64,000 nucleotides of DNA from Deltaproteobacteria bacterium (lineage in GTDB: Bacteria > Desulfobacterota > Binatia > UBA12015). The stretch lies in the NCBI GenBank assembly GCA_046583355.1, contig JAYGCM010000075.1, positions 12,258 to 76,257 on the forward strand, written 5' to 3'. Under the pieces are notes generated by a model that was not told where the DNA came from, did not search any database, and worked only from the letters and a program-made list of their open reading frames with translations. Shown piece by piece: positions 40,402 to 50,400 of the stretch. The first letter of the stretch is position 1. Every line of letters begins with the position of its first letter. The position numbers and the translations under genes were made by a program.

Positions 40402-41573
40402 CCCAAATGAATTCGAACATCCAAGGAAAGTGCGATTCTCGTTTCGCACGCGTGCGCGAAGCCTTTGCGGAGAACTTCGCCACACGCCGTGAGGTCGGTG
40501 CGGCTTTTGCGCTCTATGTGGAAGGCGAATGCGTGGTCGACCTTTGGGGCGGGCATCGCGACCAGGCAAAAACCGAGGCGTGGGAACGCGATACCATCGT
40601 CAATGTATATTCGACGACCAAGGCAATGGCGGCGCTTTGCGCGCATCAATTGGTCGAAGAAGGGTTGCTCGATCTCGATGCGCCGGTGGCGAAATATTGG
40701 CCAGAATTCGCGGCTGCCGGCAAGCAGGACATTCCCGTACGTCAATTGCTCTGTCATCAGGCGGGCCTGGCAGCTGTGCGGGAAAGCCTACCGGACGCTG
40801 CGCTCTACGATTGGGGCGCCATGACCCGAGCGCTCGCGGCCGAAGAGCCTTGGTGGGAGCCGGGTTCGGCGCATGGCTACCATGCCGTGACCTTTGGTTG
40901 GCTGGTCGGCGAGGTCGTGCGGCGCATTCGCGGCGAGAGCCTGGGTACGACGTTCCGGAAGCGTATTGCCGAACCCCTGGGCGCGGATTTTCAGATCGGC
41001 GTCCCGGATGCTGACCATGGTCGCATCGCGGAGATGAGTCCGATGTCGCTGGACAAGGCGCCCGACGAACCCGCATTGGGCGAAATTCTGTTGAGCGATC
41101 CCGAAGGCGTGGGCGCCAAGGCGTTCATGAATCCCGCCTCGATGGCGCTTGGTCCGAATGTTCCGGCCTGGCGTCGCGCAGAGATTCCCGGCGCCAATGG
41201 CCACGCGAGCGCGCGCGGCCTCGCCCGTATCTACGGTGCGCTCGGTGCAGGGGGCGCGCTTGACGGTGTCCACCTACTCTCGGCCGAAAGCATCGAGCGC
41301 TGCCGTACCGAGCAGGTCCGCGGCCACGACCTGGTCTTGCAAATGGAGACCCGATTCGGCCTTGGTTTCATGCTGACCCAGGACCGTGCCGGTGCCCGCT
41401 TCGGCCCCAACGCCGGCGCATTCGGCCATCCAGGAGCCGGCGGTTCGCTGGGCATGGCCGATCCCGAAGCCGGCGTCGGCTTCGGTTATGTGATGAACTT
41501 CATGGGCCCGCATATTCTGCTGGACCCACGCGCGCGCGCCTTGCTCCACGCGACCTACGATAGCCTCTCCTGA
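40398..41573 (+). CDS. serine hydrolase (beta-lactamase-like esterase)
   Basis: STTK (SxxK), LLCHQAG, GYH and FGHPGAGG motifs. Confidence 0.88.
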   Translation: MTQMNSNIQGKCDSRFARVREAFAENFATRREVGAAFALYVEGECVVDLWGGHRDQAKTEAWERDTIVNVYSTTKAMAALCAHQLVEEGLLDLDAPVAKYWPEFAAAGKQDIPVRQLLCHQAGLAAVRESLPDAALYDWGAMTRALAAEEPWWEPGSAHGYHAVTFGWLVGEVVRRIRGESLGTTFRKRIAEPLGADFQIGVPDADHGRIAEMSPMSLDKAPDEPALGEILLSDPEGVGAKAFMNPASMALGPNVPAWRRAEIPGANGHASARGLARIYGALGAGGALDGVHLLSAESIERCRTEQVRGHDLVLQMETRFGLGFMLTQDRAGARFGPNAGAFGHPGAGGSLGMADPEAGVGFGYVMNFMGPHILLDPRARALLHATYDSLS

Positions 41574-41609
41574 TTCCCTTGATTGCCGCGCCGTGCGCAG
41601 TGGTTCGGC

Positions 41610-42794
41610 TCAGAAGAAAGAAGGCATGCCGTCCGCGCCGAGCAGCATGCGTCCGGCTGCCGCATAGGTCTTGGTCTGGTGGACCAGATGCGAATTCACC
41701 GCGATCATGTCGCGGCGCAAGCGCTCCAGGGGACTCTTGCGGTAGAGGGCGCTGCTGCCCGCAATCTGGCAAGCGAGATCGACGACGTGCTGCGCACTGC
41801 GGCCCGCGTGGATGACGCATAGGCCTATCCGGGTGCGCTCCTCCAAGCTCAGGGGATCGCCTCCGAGCAGGGTCTGCCAGGCGGTGCCCATTACATCCAT
41901 GACGTAGGCGCGTGACGCCTCAAAGGTAGCCTGGGCTTCGGCGAATTGGATCTGCACCGCTGGGTCATCGCGCAATAGCTTGTAGGTGGGGAAGCTGATT
42001 TTCTCCCCAGCAAGTTCGCGAGTCGCGTCAAGAGCCGCCTGGCCGATGCCGAGCGGGACTCCGGGCACGTTGGCGAAGAAGAAGCCGTGGTAGCGGTAGA
42101 GCGCTTCGCTGCGCCGGGGGCTGCTCAGTACATCGAAGGTATGTTCTTCGGCAACAAATATATCTTTGACCCGATAGTCGTTGCTGCCGCTGCCGGCCAG
42201 TCCGGTGGTATACCAGGTGTCGAGAATCTCGGCGTCCGAGGGTGAGAAGATCATCACGCGCCACAAGGGCATGCCGGAGTCACCCAAGACGGGCTTGCCG
42301 CCGCGTAGCAATACGCAGCCGCCGATCATATGGGTGGCGTGCAGGCAGCCGCTGCCGAAACTCCAATGGCCGGAGACGCGGTAGCCACCCTCTACGATCT
42401 CGGCACGTCCCACGGGGGCGAGCATCCCGGCGCAGCGGGCGTCGAGTTGGGGGAAGAGTTTGTGTCCCGGCTCGTCTTCGAGAAACCCGGCGTAAAACCC
42501 GCTATCGGAGAGAATGCTGGCACACCATGCGGTCGAGGCATCGGCGCGGGCCAGCGTCTCGATCAACTCGATTTGCTCGATCGGGTTCATCTCGGGACCG
42601 CCCCAGGCGCGCGGCATGGCCATGCGGAAAATTCCGGCCTGCGACATTTTCTCGACCAGGGCCTCGGGGAGGCGACGCTCGGACTCGATTGTGTCGCGTG
42701 CCTCCAGGATGGCAGGCACCAATGCCCGGGCATTGGCGAGGATGCGGGCGGAATCCAAGCCCTTTTTTGCGGCGTGGAGCTCAGGCTCGGGCAT
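41610..42794 (-). CDS. flavin-dependent monooxygenase of acyl-CoA dehydrogenase fold (HsaA-like)
   Basis: GHWSFGSGC, DTWYTTGLAGSGS and LERLRRD motifs. Confidence 0.83.
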   Translation of the reverse strand: MPEPELHAAKKGLDSARILANARALVPAILEARDTIESERRLPEALVEKMSQAGIFRMAMPRAWGGPEMNPIEQIELIETLARADASTAWCASILSDSGFYAGFLEDEPGHKLFPQLDARCAGMLAPVGRAEIVEGGYRVSGHWSFGSGCLHATHMIGGCVLLRGGKPVLGDSGMPLWRVMIFSPSDAEILDTWYTTGLAGSGSNDYRVKDIFVAEEHTFDVLSSPRRSEALYRYHGFFFANVPGVPLGIGQAALDATRELAGEKISFPTYKLLRDDPAVQIQFAEAQATFEASRAYVMDVMGTAWQTLLGGDPLSLEERTRIGLCVIHAGRSAQHVVDLACQIAGSSALYRKSPLERLRRDMIAVNSHLVHQTKTYAAAGRMLLGADGMPSFF

Positions 42795-42906
42795 TTTTGG
42801 GGTGCTTTTCGTGATGGAATTCGTCCATCGTTTGAGGCTAGTATGAGTCAGGATTCAGCTCAAGCGCACTTGCTGCCTCGAGCCGTAGAAGAGGAGAGAT
42901 CGATTG

Positions 42907-43458
42907 ATGAAGGGTACGGGAACAGCGCCGTCGAAGAGTCTCCATCATGTCGCGTTCACGACGCGCGACGTAGAGGCGACCTATGAATTTTATTCCGGCA
43001 AGCTCGGGATGCCGCTGCTGCACGCGGAGAATCATCGCCAGGGAGACGGCCATTTTCGGCATTTCTTCTTTGGCATGGGCAATGGTGAGGCGATCGCCTT
43101 CTTCGCGCTTGACGGTGTCGGGGAAGATGCTGACTTCAAGACGGATATTTCCACCGCGCTCGGCTTGCCTGTCTGGGCAAACCATATCGCGTTCCGGCTG
43201 GATTCCCGCGCGGAACTCGACGCGATGATCGAGCGTATGCACGACAAGGGAATCGCCGATATCATGGAGATCGATCACGGTTGGTGCACGTCAATCTACA
43301 CCATGGACCCCAACGGCATTATGGTCGAATTCTGCATCACAACCGATGCCGCCGCCTTCGCGCAGGGGGAGGAAGAGGCGTTGCGCCTGCTTCGTCTTCC
43401 GCTGAGCGAGTTCGCCGAAGAAACCCGCAAGGAGGAGTCGATCGCCAAGGTGGTCTGA
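42907..43458 (+). CDS. VOC (glyoxalase-like) family protein
   Basis: LHHVAF, HFFF, NHIAF and SIYTMDPNGIMVE motifs. Confidence 0.85.
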   Translation: MKGTGTAPSKSLHHVAFTTRDVEATYEFYSGKLGMPLLHAENHRQGDGHFRHFFFGMGNGEAIAFFALDGVGEDADFKTDISTALGLPVWANHIAFRLDSRAELDAMIERMHDKGIADIMEIDHGWCTSIYTMDPNGIMVEFCITTDAAAFAQGEEEALRLLRLPLSEFAEETRKEESIAKVV

Positions 43459-43494
43459 AACCGCGGCGCGGAGGGGGTGCGCCGCTCGCCGGCT

Positions 43495-45246
43495 TCAGGC
43501 GCCCGCAGCCTCGCCGGCCTCCCAGAGCCGGCCTTCCAGGTCTTCGGCGGAGAAGGTCGGGGGCAGCAACTCGGCGGCTTGGCGGGCGGGGGCCTGGATC
43601 AGGTCGTGGGCAAGGCTGCGGAAAATGGTTTGCCAGGCGGGCAGGGTCCATTTGCCGAAATGCGTGCTCGCCCCTTCGTAATCCTGCACCTCGTACTCCT
43701 CTGGTGTCGTCACATAGCCGGCATAGCCGTTGGCGTAGCCGGCGATGATGACCTCGTCTACGCCCAGGCTGGCAAGTTCGGTTTTCAGCATCGCCTCAAG
43801 TCGACGCCCGGAGACCGTGGTGAGTTCATGCGGGATGGCCGCAATCGCGATATTGCCGATCACCAGCAATTGCGCAGGCAGGATATTGGGCGTCCACGGC
43901 TTGGGCTCGGCCAAGCCGTGGGGGTCGAGTTTGCGCAGCATCCGCACGGCGGGTGAGGCGTCCTTGCCGATCGGGAGCCGACGCAAACGGGTCATGCCGA
44001 GAAAACGATGCCGCGCCATCTCCATCACTGTGACCTTCACACCATGGGCCGCGTCGTGGCGGCGTTGTCGCTCGCGTACGCCCGGCCCGCGCGGGACGAG
44101 TCGCCAGAGCGGGCGCAGGGCGGCCACGATCCGCTGTACGAAAAGCAGCCGGCGCGGCACGCCGGGGCCCTCGTCGGTGCCGAAGAACATGGCCATGCCG
44201 AGCTCGCCGGGGCCGGTCCGCAGGCCGGTATTTCCGCCTGCGAACTCCGGATCGACCGCCGTATCGGCCAGGTCGGAGTAGCATTGCAGGGCCAGAAGCC
44301 GCTCGGCCAAGGGTTCGTTCTGCGCGGCGTTCTTGAGTACCTCTTGGGCCTTGCGGAATTGCAGATCGCCGTTGAATTCCGCACTGGCGTCGTCGTCGGG
44401 ATACATGCCGCGCACGAAGCTCTTGCCCTCGTGCTTCTTGAAATTGGGCGTGACGTCGCCCGTCGTGGCCTGTGCGAACGCGCCGACAAAGCCCTCGCCC
44501 TCGGCGGCCTCGAGCATGGCGGCGGCGTAGCCCTTGTTGTCGAAATGCACCTGTCGGTTGTCGCTATGCACACTCGTGCCGTGCACGCCGAAGAAATTGA
44601 ACTCGCCGATACAGGTGCCGTCGGCACGGTCGAAACGAAGCAGCCGCATGCGCCGGTCGAGTGCCAGATGGCGATGCGCCTGATCGACCTGCGCGACCTC
44701 GGGGTTCTGGTTGTAGGAGGCGATCGAGCGATTGAAGGCGACTTCCTGGTCATCTGCGAAGGTGCCGCTGGCAAATCGGATCGTGCCGGGCCGAAGGGCC
44801 GCGGCTGCCAGGCGGATGGCTTCGACGATCGCCGTGACGACGCAGCCGAAGAACTCGGGTGCGAAGCCGGGCGCCTCCAACCCGTAGAAGCCGTATTGGG
44901 AATAGCCACCAGGCGCGCTGTGGGTATGGGTGGCGGTGAGAAGCACGTTGCGACGCTCGAGTTTGAGATCGGGTGCCTCCTCGGCGAGCCGCGCGAGGAC
45001 GGCTTCACGTACCGCGAGACTGATGGCGAGAAGCTCGCAGCTGACCATGGCGATCGTCTCCGTACGGCCCGCCGTCGCGCAGGGCGTGTCCGTATCGGGC
45101 GCCGGGGATGTACGCACGACGAAAGCGCGCGCCGAGATCGGTGTGGCGCTTCCCTCGACGAAATTCTCTGGTACCCCCCAACCGAACATGCCGATGCCGC
45201 GGACGCGGACCGGGATTTCTACCTTCGCGGATCCAATCTCCATCAT
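43495..45246 (-). CDS. neutral/alkaline ceramidase family protein
   Basis: ATHTHSAPGG, FNRS, VHGTS, DNKGYA, GDVTPN and YEVQDYEGAST motifs. Confidence 0.88.
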   Translation of the reverse strand: MMEIGSAKVEIPVRVRGIGMFGWGVPENFVEGSATPISARAFVVRTSPAPDTDTPCATAGRTETIAMVSCELLAISLAVREAVLARLAEEAPDLKLERRNVLLTATHTHSAPGGYSQYGFYGLEAPGFAPEFFGCVVTAIVEAIRLAAAALRPGTIRFASGTFADDQEVAFNRSIASYNQNPEVAQVDQAHRHLALDRRMRLLRFDRADGTCIGEFNFFGVHGTSVHSDNRQVHFDNKGYAAAMLEAAEGEGFVGAFAQATTGDVTPNFKKHEGKSFVRGMYPDDDASAEFNGDLQFRKAQEVLKNAAQNEPLAERLLALQCYSDLADTAVDPEFAGGNTGLRTGPGELGMAMFFGTDEGPGVPRRLLFVQRIVAALRPLWRLVPRGPGVRERQRRHDAAHGVKVTVMEMARHRFLGMTRLRRLPIGKDASPAVRMLRKLDPHGLAEPKPWTPNILPAQLLVIGNIAIAAIPHELTTVSGRRLEAMLKTELASLGVDEVIIAGYANGYAGYVTTPEEYEVQDYEGASTHFGKWTLPAWQTIFRSLAHDLIQAPARQAAELLPPTFSAEDLEGRLWEAGEAAGA

Positions 45247-45419
45247 TGAATGAGTTTGCCGGGAAGCGGGGCCATTTGCCAGTTGCGGGGAGCCGAGCGC
45301 ATCTCTGGGGAGATGGCATTCCCGGCCTGCGGGAGTCCGGTCGTGTTTTACGGACCGGCCTCGATCCGGGCCACGCGCATGCCGGGCAGGGAGGGGCGCG
45401 ATGGCGCTGGCCCGAACGC

Positions 45420-45449
45420 AAAAAAGGCCGCTCTTGCGAGCGACCTTTT
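45420..45449 (-). terminator. intrinsic terminator after tRNA-fMet
   Basis: AAAAGGTCGCTC-GCAA-GAGCGGCCTTTTTT on the minus strand. Confidence 0.8.
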
Positions 45450-45456
45450 CCGTAAA

Positions 45457-45531
<75 letters not shown>

Positions 45532-45536
45532 CGTTT

Positions 45537-45565
45537 GCTTTAGCGAGCAGCGGGGAGGCTGTCAA
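45537..45565 (-). promoter_or_regulatory. sigma70 promoter of tRNA-fMet
   Basis: TTGACA-N17-TAAAGC. Confidence 0.65.
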
Positions 45566-45588
45566 TTGTGCCTGTAAATAAAAGGGGA

Positions 45589-45936
45589 TTAGCGGCGTCC
45601 GCCGCCGCCACCCCAGCCGCCACCACCGCCGCCACGCGGGCCCGGGGCACCGATGGGGATGATCTTGGGAAGGATCCAAGGCATGTAGGGTCGGCCGCTG
45701 GTGAAGATACGTCGGCGTGCGCGTTTGATCTGTTCGCGCAGGACGTTACGGCTGATGCCGGAGTCTTCCAGAGCGTCGCTGAGCTGCTGGTCGCTGAGGT
45801 CGGTCGATGCTTGGCCGTGTGAATGGCGCAGCATTACGTGCAGGCCACCCTCTTTGCCGGGGGTGATCTCCCATTTGAGAGTCTTGTCGATCGAGCGAAC
45901 GAGTTCGCCAACGAGAGTCCTGTCCTCTTGCTCCAT
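45589..45936 (-). CDS. hypothetical protein with Gly-rich tail
   Basis: 115-aa ORF of normal composition ending RGGGGGGWGGGGGRR. Confidence 0.65.
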   Translation of the reverse strand: MEQEDRTLVGELVRSIDKTLKWEITPGKEGGLHVMLRHSHGQASTDLSDQQLSDALEDSGISRNVLREQIKRARRRIFTSGRPYMPWILPKIIPIGAPGPRGGGGGGWGGGGGRR

Positions 45937-45979
45937 GGCAGCCCGTTAGCCAAGCGCGGCGCGGATCTCAACTTCCCCC

Positions 45980-46010
45980 TGTGGATTCATTGTGGATAGA
46001 GTGTGGAAAA
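45980..46010 (-). promoter_or_regulatory. three DnaA-box-like 9-mers at 11-bp spacing
   Basis: TTTTCCACA, CTATCCACA and GAATCCACA (minus strand) compared with the consensus TTWTNCACA. Confidence 0.6.
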
Positions 46011-46189
46011 ACGGGCGGTGTTTCGGGCGTTTTCGCAAGGCCGGGGCGGGTCGTGCAGCAATGCGCGACTTGGGTCCCGCAGCCGCCCCGTTGATAGGTG
46101 GTTTTTTCGAGGCATATGCTTTGCTTTAGGCTCTTGTCGGAATAACTGGCCGGGATCCGAATTCCTGGCCCCTCACCTTCGGAGAGAAC

Positions 46190-46588
46190 GTGCCCCTTTC
46201 GAACGCCACCGTATTGGTCGTAGATGACGACTCCGAAATCCGTTTCCTGGTCAGGAGCGTGCTCGATCGCGCCGGCTATCATGTGCTCGAAGCGGGCGAC
46301 GGCGATGCCGCGGTTGCGATGGCCGCAACCGGCCGACCGGACCTCATCCTGCTCGACATCTCCATGCCGGGCCGCGACGGAATCTCGGTCGCCACGGAGA
46401 TCTGCTCGCGCAGCGGTCCCCGGCCCTTGCTGATCGCGCTCAGCGGCCGCCATCTTCCCAGCGAACGGGAACATGCGCTTGCCGCGGGCTGCGACCTCTT
46501 CCTGCCCAAGCCCTGTCCTCCCTCGCGTCTGCTCGAGACCGTCGCCGAACTCCTCGCCAGCCGCGTCCCGACCGCAATCGCGTCTTGA
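46190..46588 (+). CDS. single-domain response regulator
   Basis: VLVVDDD, LILLDISMPG and LPKP motifs. Confidence 0.88.
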   Translation: MPLSNATVLVVDDDSEIRFLVRSVLDRAGYHVLEAGDGDAAVAMAATGRPDLILLDISMPGRDGISVATEICSRSGPRPLLIALSGRHLPSEREHALAAGCDLFLPKPCPPSRLLETVAELLASRVPTAIAS

Positions 46589-46695
46589 GGGCCGCGCCCT
46601 TGGAGGCCTTTTTCTGCGGCGTATTTCTGTATTCGGACCGATCCGGAGCGGCTATGCGTTGCACTTCTGCGGCGGATCTCTAGGAAAGGCCGATC

Positions 46696-47415
46696 ATGCC
46701 TGTCGCACGCCTTCGTCCGATCAGTCCGCATATTGCGGCGGTAGACCTGCATGGTCGCTTTCAGGTTGCGGCCTTTCTCGTGCGCCATGAAGAGGGGCTG
46801 CTGCTGGTCGATGCGGGCTTCCCCGGCTGGGGTTACGCCATTTTGACGGCCGCCTCGAGCCTGCCGGAACCGACCGGGATTACCGAAATCATCCTGACTC
46901 ACGCGCACGCCGACCATATCGGCGGCACGCCCGAGATCGTCGAGCAGACCAACGCCAAGGTACTCGCCTCGGCCGAAGAGAAGCCTTTCATCGAGGGCCG
47001 CTCGCTGGCGAAGGCGGCCCGCGGTCTGGGCTCGCGTCTGACGCTGGCGCTCAATCACTTCACCCAGCAGCGTCGCATCACCGGCATTCGCGTCGACCGC
47101 ACGCTCGCGCCAGGCGAGTCGATTCGCGGCCTTGAGGTGCTGGCGGTGCCCGGCCATACGCCCGGGCAGTTGGCCCTGATTCACCGCGCCGACGGTCTGA
47201 TCCTCTGTGCGGATGCTCTCTTCAATATCGCCGGTGGGCCCGGACTCGATCCCGTCCCCGGCATGACGGCGGATCCCGTAGCGGCGCTGGCTTCGATCGA
47301 GGCTCTGATGGCAACCGGCATCGAGGACCTCGCCCCGAGCCACGGCCCCGCGATTCTCGGCGATGCGCAGGCGAAACTCAGCGTCCTTCACCGACGATTG
47401 AAGGACCGGCTCTGA
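46696..47415 (+). CDS. MBL-fold metallo-hydrolase
   Basis: THAHADHIG, PGHTPG and PSHG motifs. Confidence 0.88.
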   Translation: MPVARLRPISPHIAAVDLHGRFQVAAFLVRHEEGLLLVDAGFPGWGYAILTAASSLPEPTGITEIILTHAHADHIGGTPEIVEQTNAKVLASAEEKPFIEGRSLAKAARGLGSRLTLALNHFTQQRRITGIRVDRTLAPGESIRGLEVLAVPGHTPGQLALIHRADGLILCADALFNIAGGPGLDPVPGMTADPVAALASIEALMATGIEDLAPSHGPAILGDAQAKLSVLHRRLKDRL

Positions 47416-47473
47416 CCCGGCCGGCCCGTGGCGGTACCTTGCGGAGGCCTTTTGCCGAAGCCTCTTGCTCGGT

Positions 47474-47491
47474 GGCGAACAAAAGACGAAG
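47474..47491. promoter_or_regulatory. putative LexA (SOS) operator
   Basis: CGAAC-AAAAGA-CGAAG resembles the GAAC-N7-GAAC direct-repeat SOS box and lies 8 nt before the dnaE2 ATG. Confidence 0.5.
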
Positions 47492-47499
47492 ATCCTGTC

Positions 47500-50400
47500 A
47501 TGCGGGCAGGTGGATATATCGAGTTGCGGTGTCGCAGTGCGTTCTCTTTTCTTGAGGGGGCGTCGCTGCCCGAAGAACTGGCCGGGCGTGCCATCGAGCT
47601 TGGCTACGGCGCTATGGCATTGGCTGACCGCGGCGGTTTGTACGGCGCACCGCGCTTCTGGAAGGCCGCCCGCGACACAGGTTTGCGTGCGCTGGTCGGT
47701 GCTGAGGTAGAATTTGCGGAGGGGCGGCTGCTTCTGCTGGTGGAATCGGCGGCCGGCTACCGGCGCCTCTGCCGTCTGCTCACGCTTGGTCATTCCCGAA
47801 CTCCCAGCAAAAGCGAACTCCGGCTTTCCTTGGCCGACCTCGAAGGCGAGAGCGGTGGCCTGGTTTGTCTTGCCGGTGGCGAGAGCAGCCCTCTGACCGA
47901 AGCTCTGCGTCGCGGCGATGCCCTGCGGGCGCGGCGCCATGTCTCGGTGCTGCGGGAACTTTTTCCGCGACGGCTCTGGGTGGATGTGCAGCGCTCGCGC
48001 AACCCTCGGGTCGAGCGGCGCAGCCGTGCGCTTGCGGACCTGGCCGATGCGACCTCATTGCCGTTGGTGGCGAGTGGCGATATCCGCTTTGCCACGCCGC
48101 AGGGGCAGAGCCTGCTGGATATCTTCGCCAGCATCCGGGCCGGAATTCCGCTCGACAGGCTCGGCCGCCACGCCCTGGTCAACGCCGAGCAATGCCTGGC
48201 CGCACCGCTTTGTGTCGCGCAGAGATTTTCGGACCGCCCAGCATTGGTGCGCGAGAGCCTGCGCATTGCCGAGCGTCTGGAATTTACGCTCGACGACCTG
48301 GGCTATCGTTTTCCCGAGGCCGCTGTCCCGCCGGGGAATTCGCCGATCGCGCATTTGCGCAGGCTCACCTTTGCCGGTGCCGCGGGGCGCTATGGCGAGC
48401 CCCTGGCCGAGCGCGTGCGCCGCCAACTCGAGCATGAACTGGCGATTATCGGACGCCTGGATCTGGCTGGCTATTTCCTCATCGTGCACGATATCGTCCG
48501 CTTCTGCGGCGACCAAGGCATCCTCGTGCAGGGGCGCGGCTCCGCGGCCAATAGCGCGGTCTGCTACTCGCTGGGCATCACGGCGGTGGACGCCGTCGGC
48601 ATGGACCTGCTCTTCGAGCGTTTTCTCTCCGAGGAGCGTGGGGAGTGGCCTGATATCGACCTTGACTTACCATCGGGTGCGCAGCGCGAGCGCGTGATCC
48701 AATATCTCTACCGCTCCTATGGCGGCGGCGGGCGCTCGCGGCCGGGCCCGAGCGGAGCGGGGCGGGTGCCGACGCTCGGCGCCGGCGTGGCGATGACGGC
48801 GAACGTCATCACCTACCGCCGGCGCGGTGCTTTGCGCGAGGCCGGCAAGGCCTTCGGACTGGCGCCGCTACAGGTCGATAGGCTCAGCCGCGAACTCGGG
48901 CGCCAGGGCCTGCGCGACTCCGAGGGCGGCCTGCGCGAGCGTTTTGCCGAGGCGGGTATCGACCTCACGTCGCGGCGCATGCAGCTTCTGGTCACCGCTG
49001 TCGATGCCATGGAGGGTCTGCCGCGCCACCTCGGCCAGCATTCCGGTGGCATGGTACTGGCTGCCGGCCGACTCGACGAGGTCGTCCCGCTCGAGCCAGC
49101 CAGCATGCCGGGGCGCAGCGTTGTGCAATGGGATAAAGAAGATTGCGCCGACCTCGGTCTGATCAAAATTGATCTTCTCGGCCTCGGCATGCTGGCCGCA
49201 CTCGAAGAAGCCATCCCTCTCATCCGTCAATCTTCGGGTGTGGAGATCGACCTGGCGAAATTGCCGCCGGATGATCCGAAGACCTACGCCATGATCCAAA
49301 AGGCCGATACGGTCGGTGTCTTCCAGATCGAATCGCGTGCCCAGATGGCGACCCTGCCGCGGCTCAAGCCGGCTACCTTCTATGACCTGGTGGTCGAGGT
49401 CGCGCTGATTCGTCCCGGCCCGATCGTCGGCAAGATGGTGCATCCCTATTTGAACCGGCGCGCCGGTCGCGAAGATGTCCGCTATGCGCATCCCTGCCTG
49501 GAGCCGATCCTGCGCCGCACGCTCGGGGTACCGCTTTTCCAGGAGCAATTGCTGCGCATCGCTGTCACGGCGGCCGGTTTTCGCCCGGGTGAGGCTGAGG
49601 AGTTGCGTCGGGCGATGGGCTTCAAGCGCTCGACCGAGCGCATGCGGGTGCTGGAGCTCAAGTTGCGCCGCGGGCTGGCCTCGCGCGGGATTCATGGTGC
49701 GGCCGCCGAAGAGATCCTGCTCGGCATCACCTCGTTTGCGATGTACGGCTTTCCGGAATCCCACGCCGCGAGCTTCGCCTTGATCGCCTATGCATCGGCC
49801 TACCTGAAGGCGCATTATCCGGCTGCTTTTCTCTGCGCTTTACTCAACGCCTGGCCGATGGGCTTCTACCATCCCTCGACGCTGGTCTCCGACGCCCAAC
49901 GCCACGGCGTCCGCGTGCTGCCGATCGATGTGCAGCATTCGGCGTGGGCCAATACGCTCGAGCAGCGCCGCGTGGGCGACGGCGACCCGGCCGTGCGCCT
50001 TGGCCTGCGTTTCATTCACGGCCTGCGCGCGACGGCCGGTGCAGCCCTGGTGCGCGAGCGGGGTGCCTCTCCCTTCCGCGACCTGGGTGATCTCGCGGCG
50101 CGCTCGGCGCTGCCGCGCAAGGATCTCGCGATGCTGGCACGCGCCGGCGCTCTGGCCGGCCTGGGCACGGGCGAGCGTCGCCAGGCACTTTGGCAGATCG
50201 CGGCCTTGCCCAGTGCCAAGGAGCCTTTGTTGCGCGAAGCCCTGACGCATCGGTCCGACCAGGATTCGCCTACGGCAGCAGGCGAGTCGGGCGGCCCGTC
50301 GCTCGCGCCCGGATTCCGCACGCCAGCGATGTCGCCGATCGAAGAGTTGCTGGCCGATTATGCAGCCACCGGCCTGACGACCGAGCCCCATCTGCTCGCA

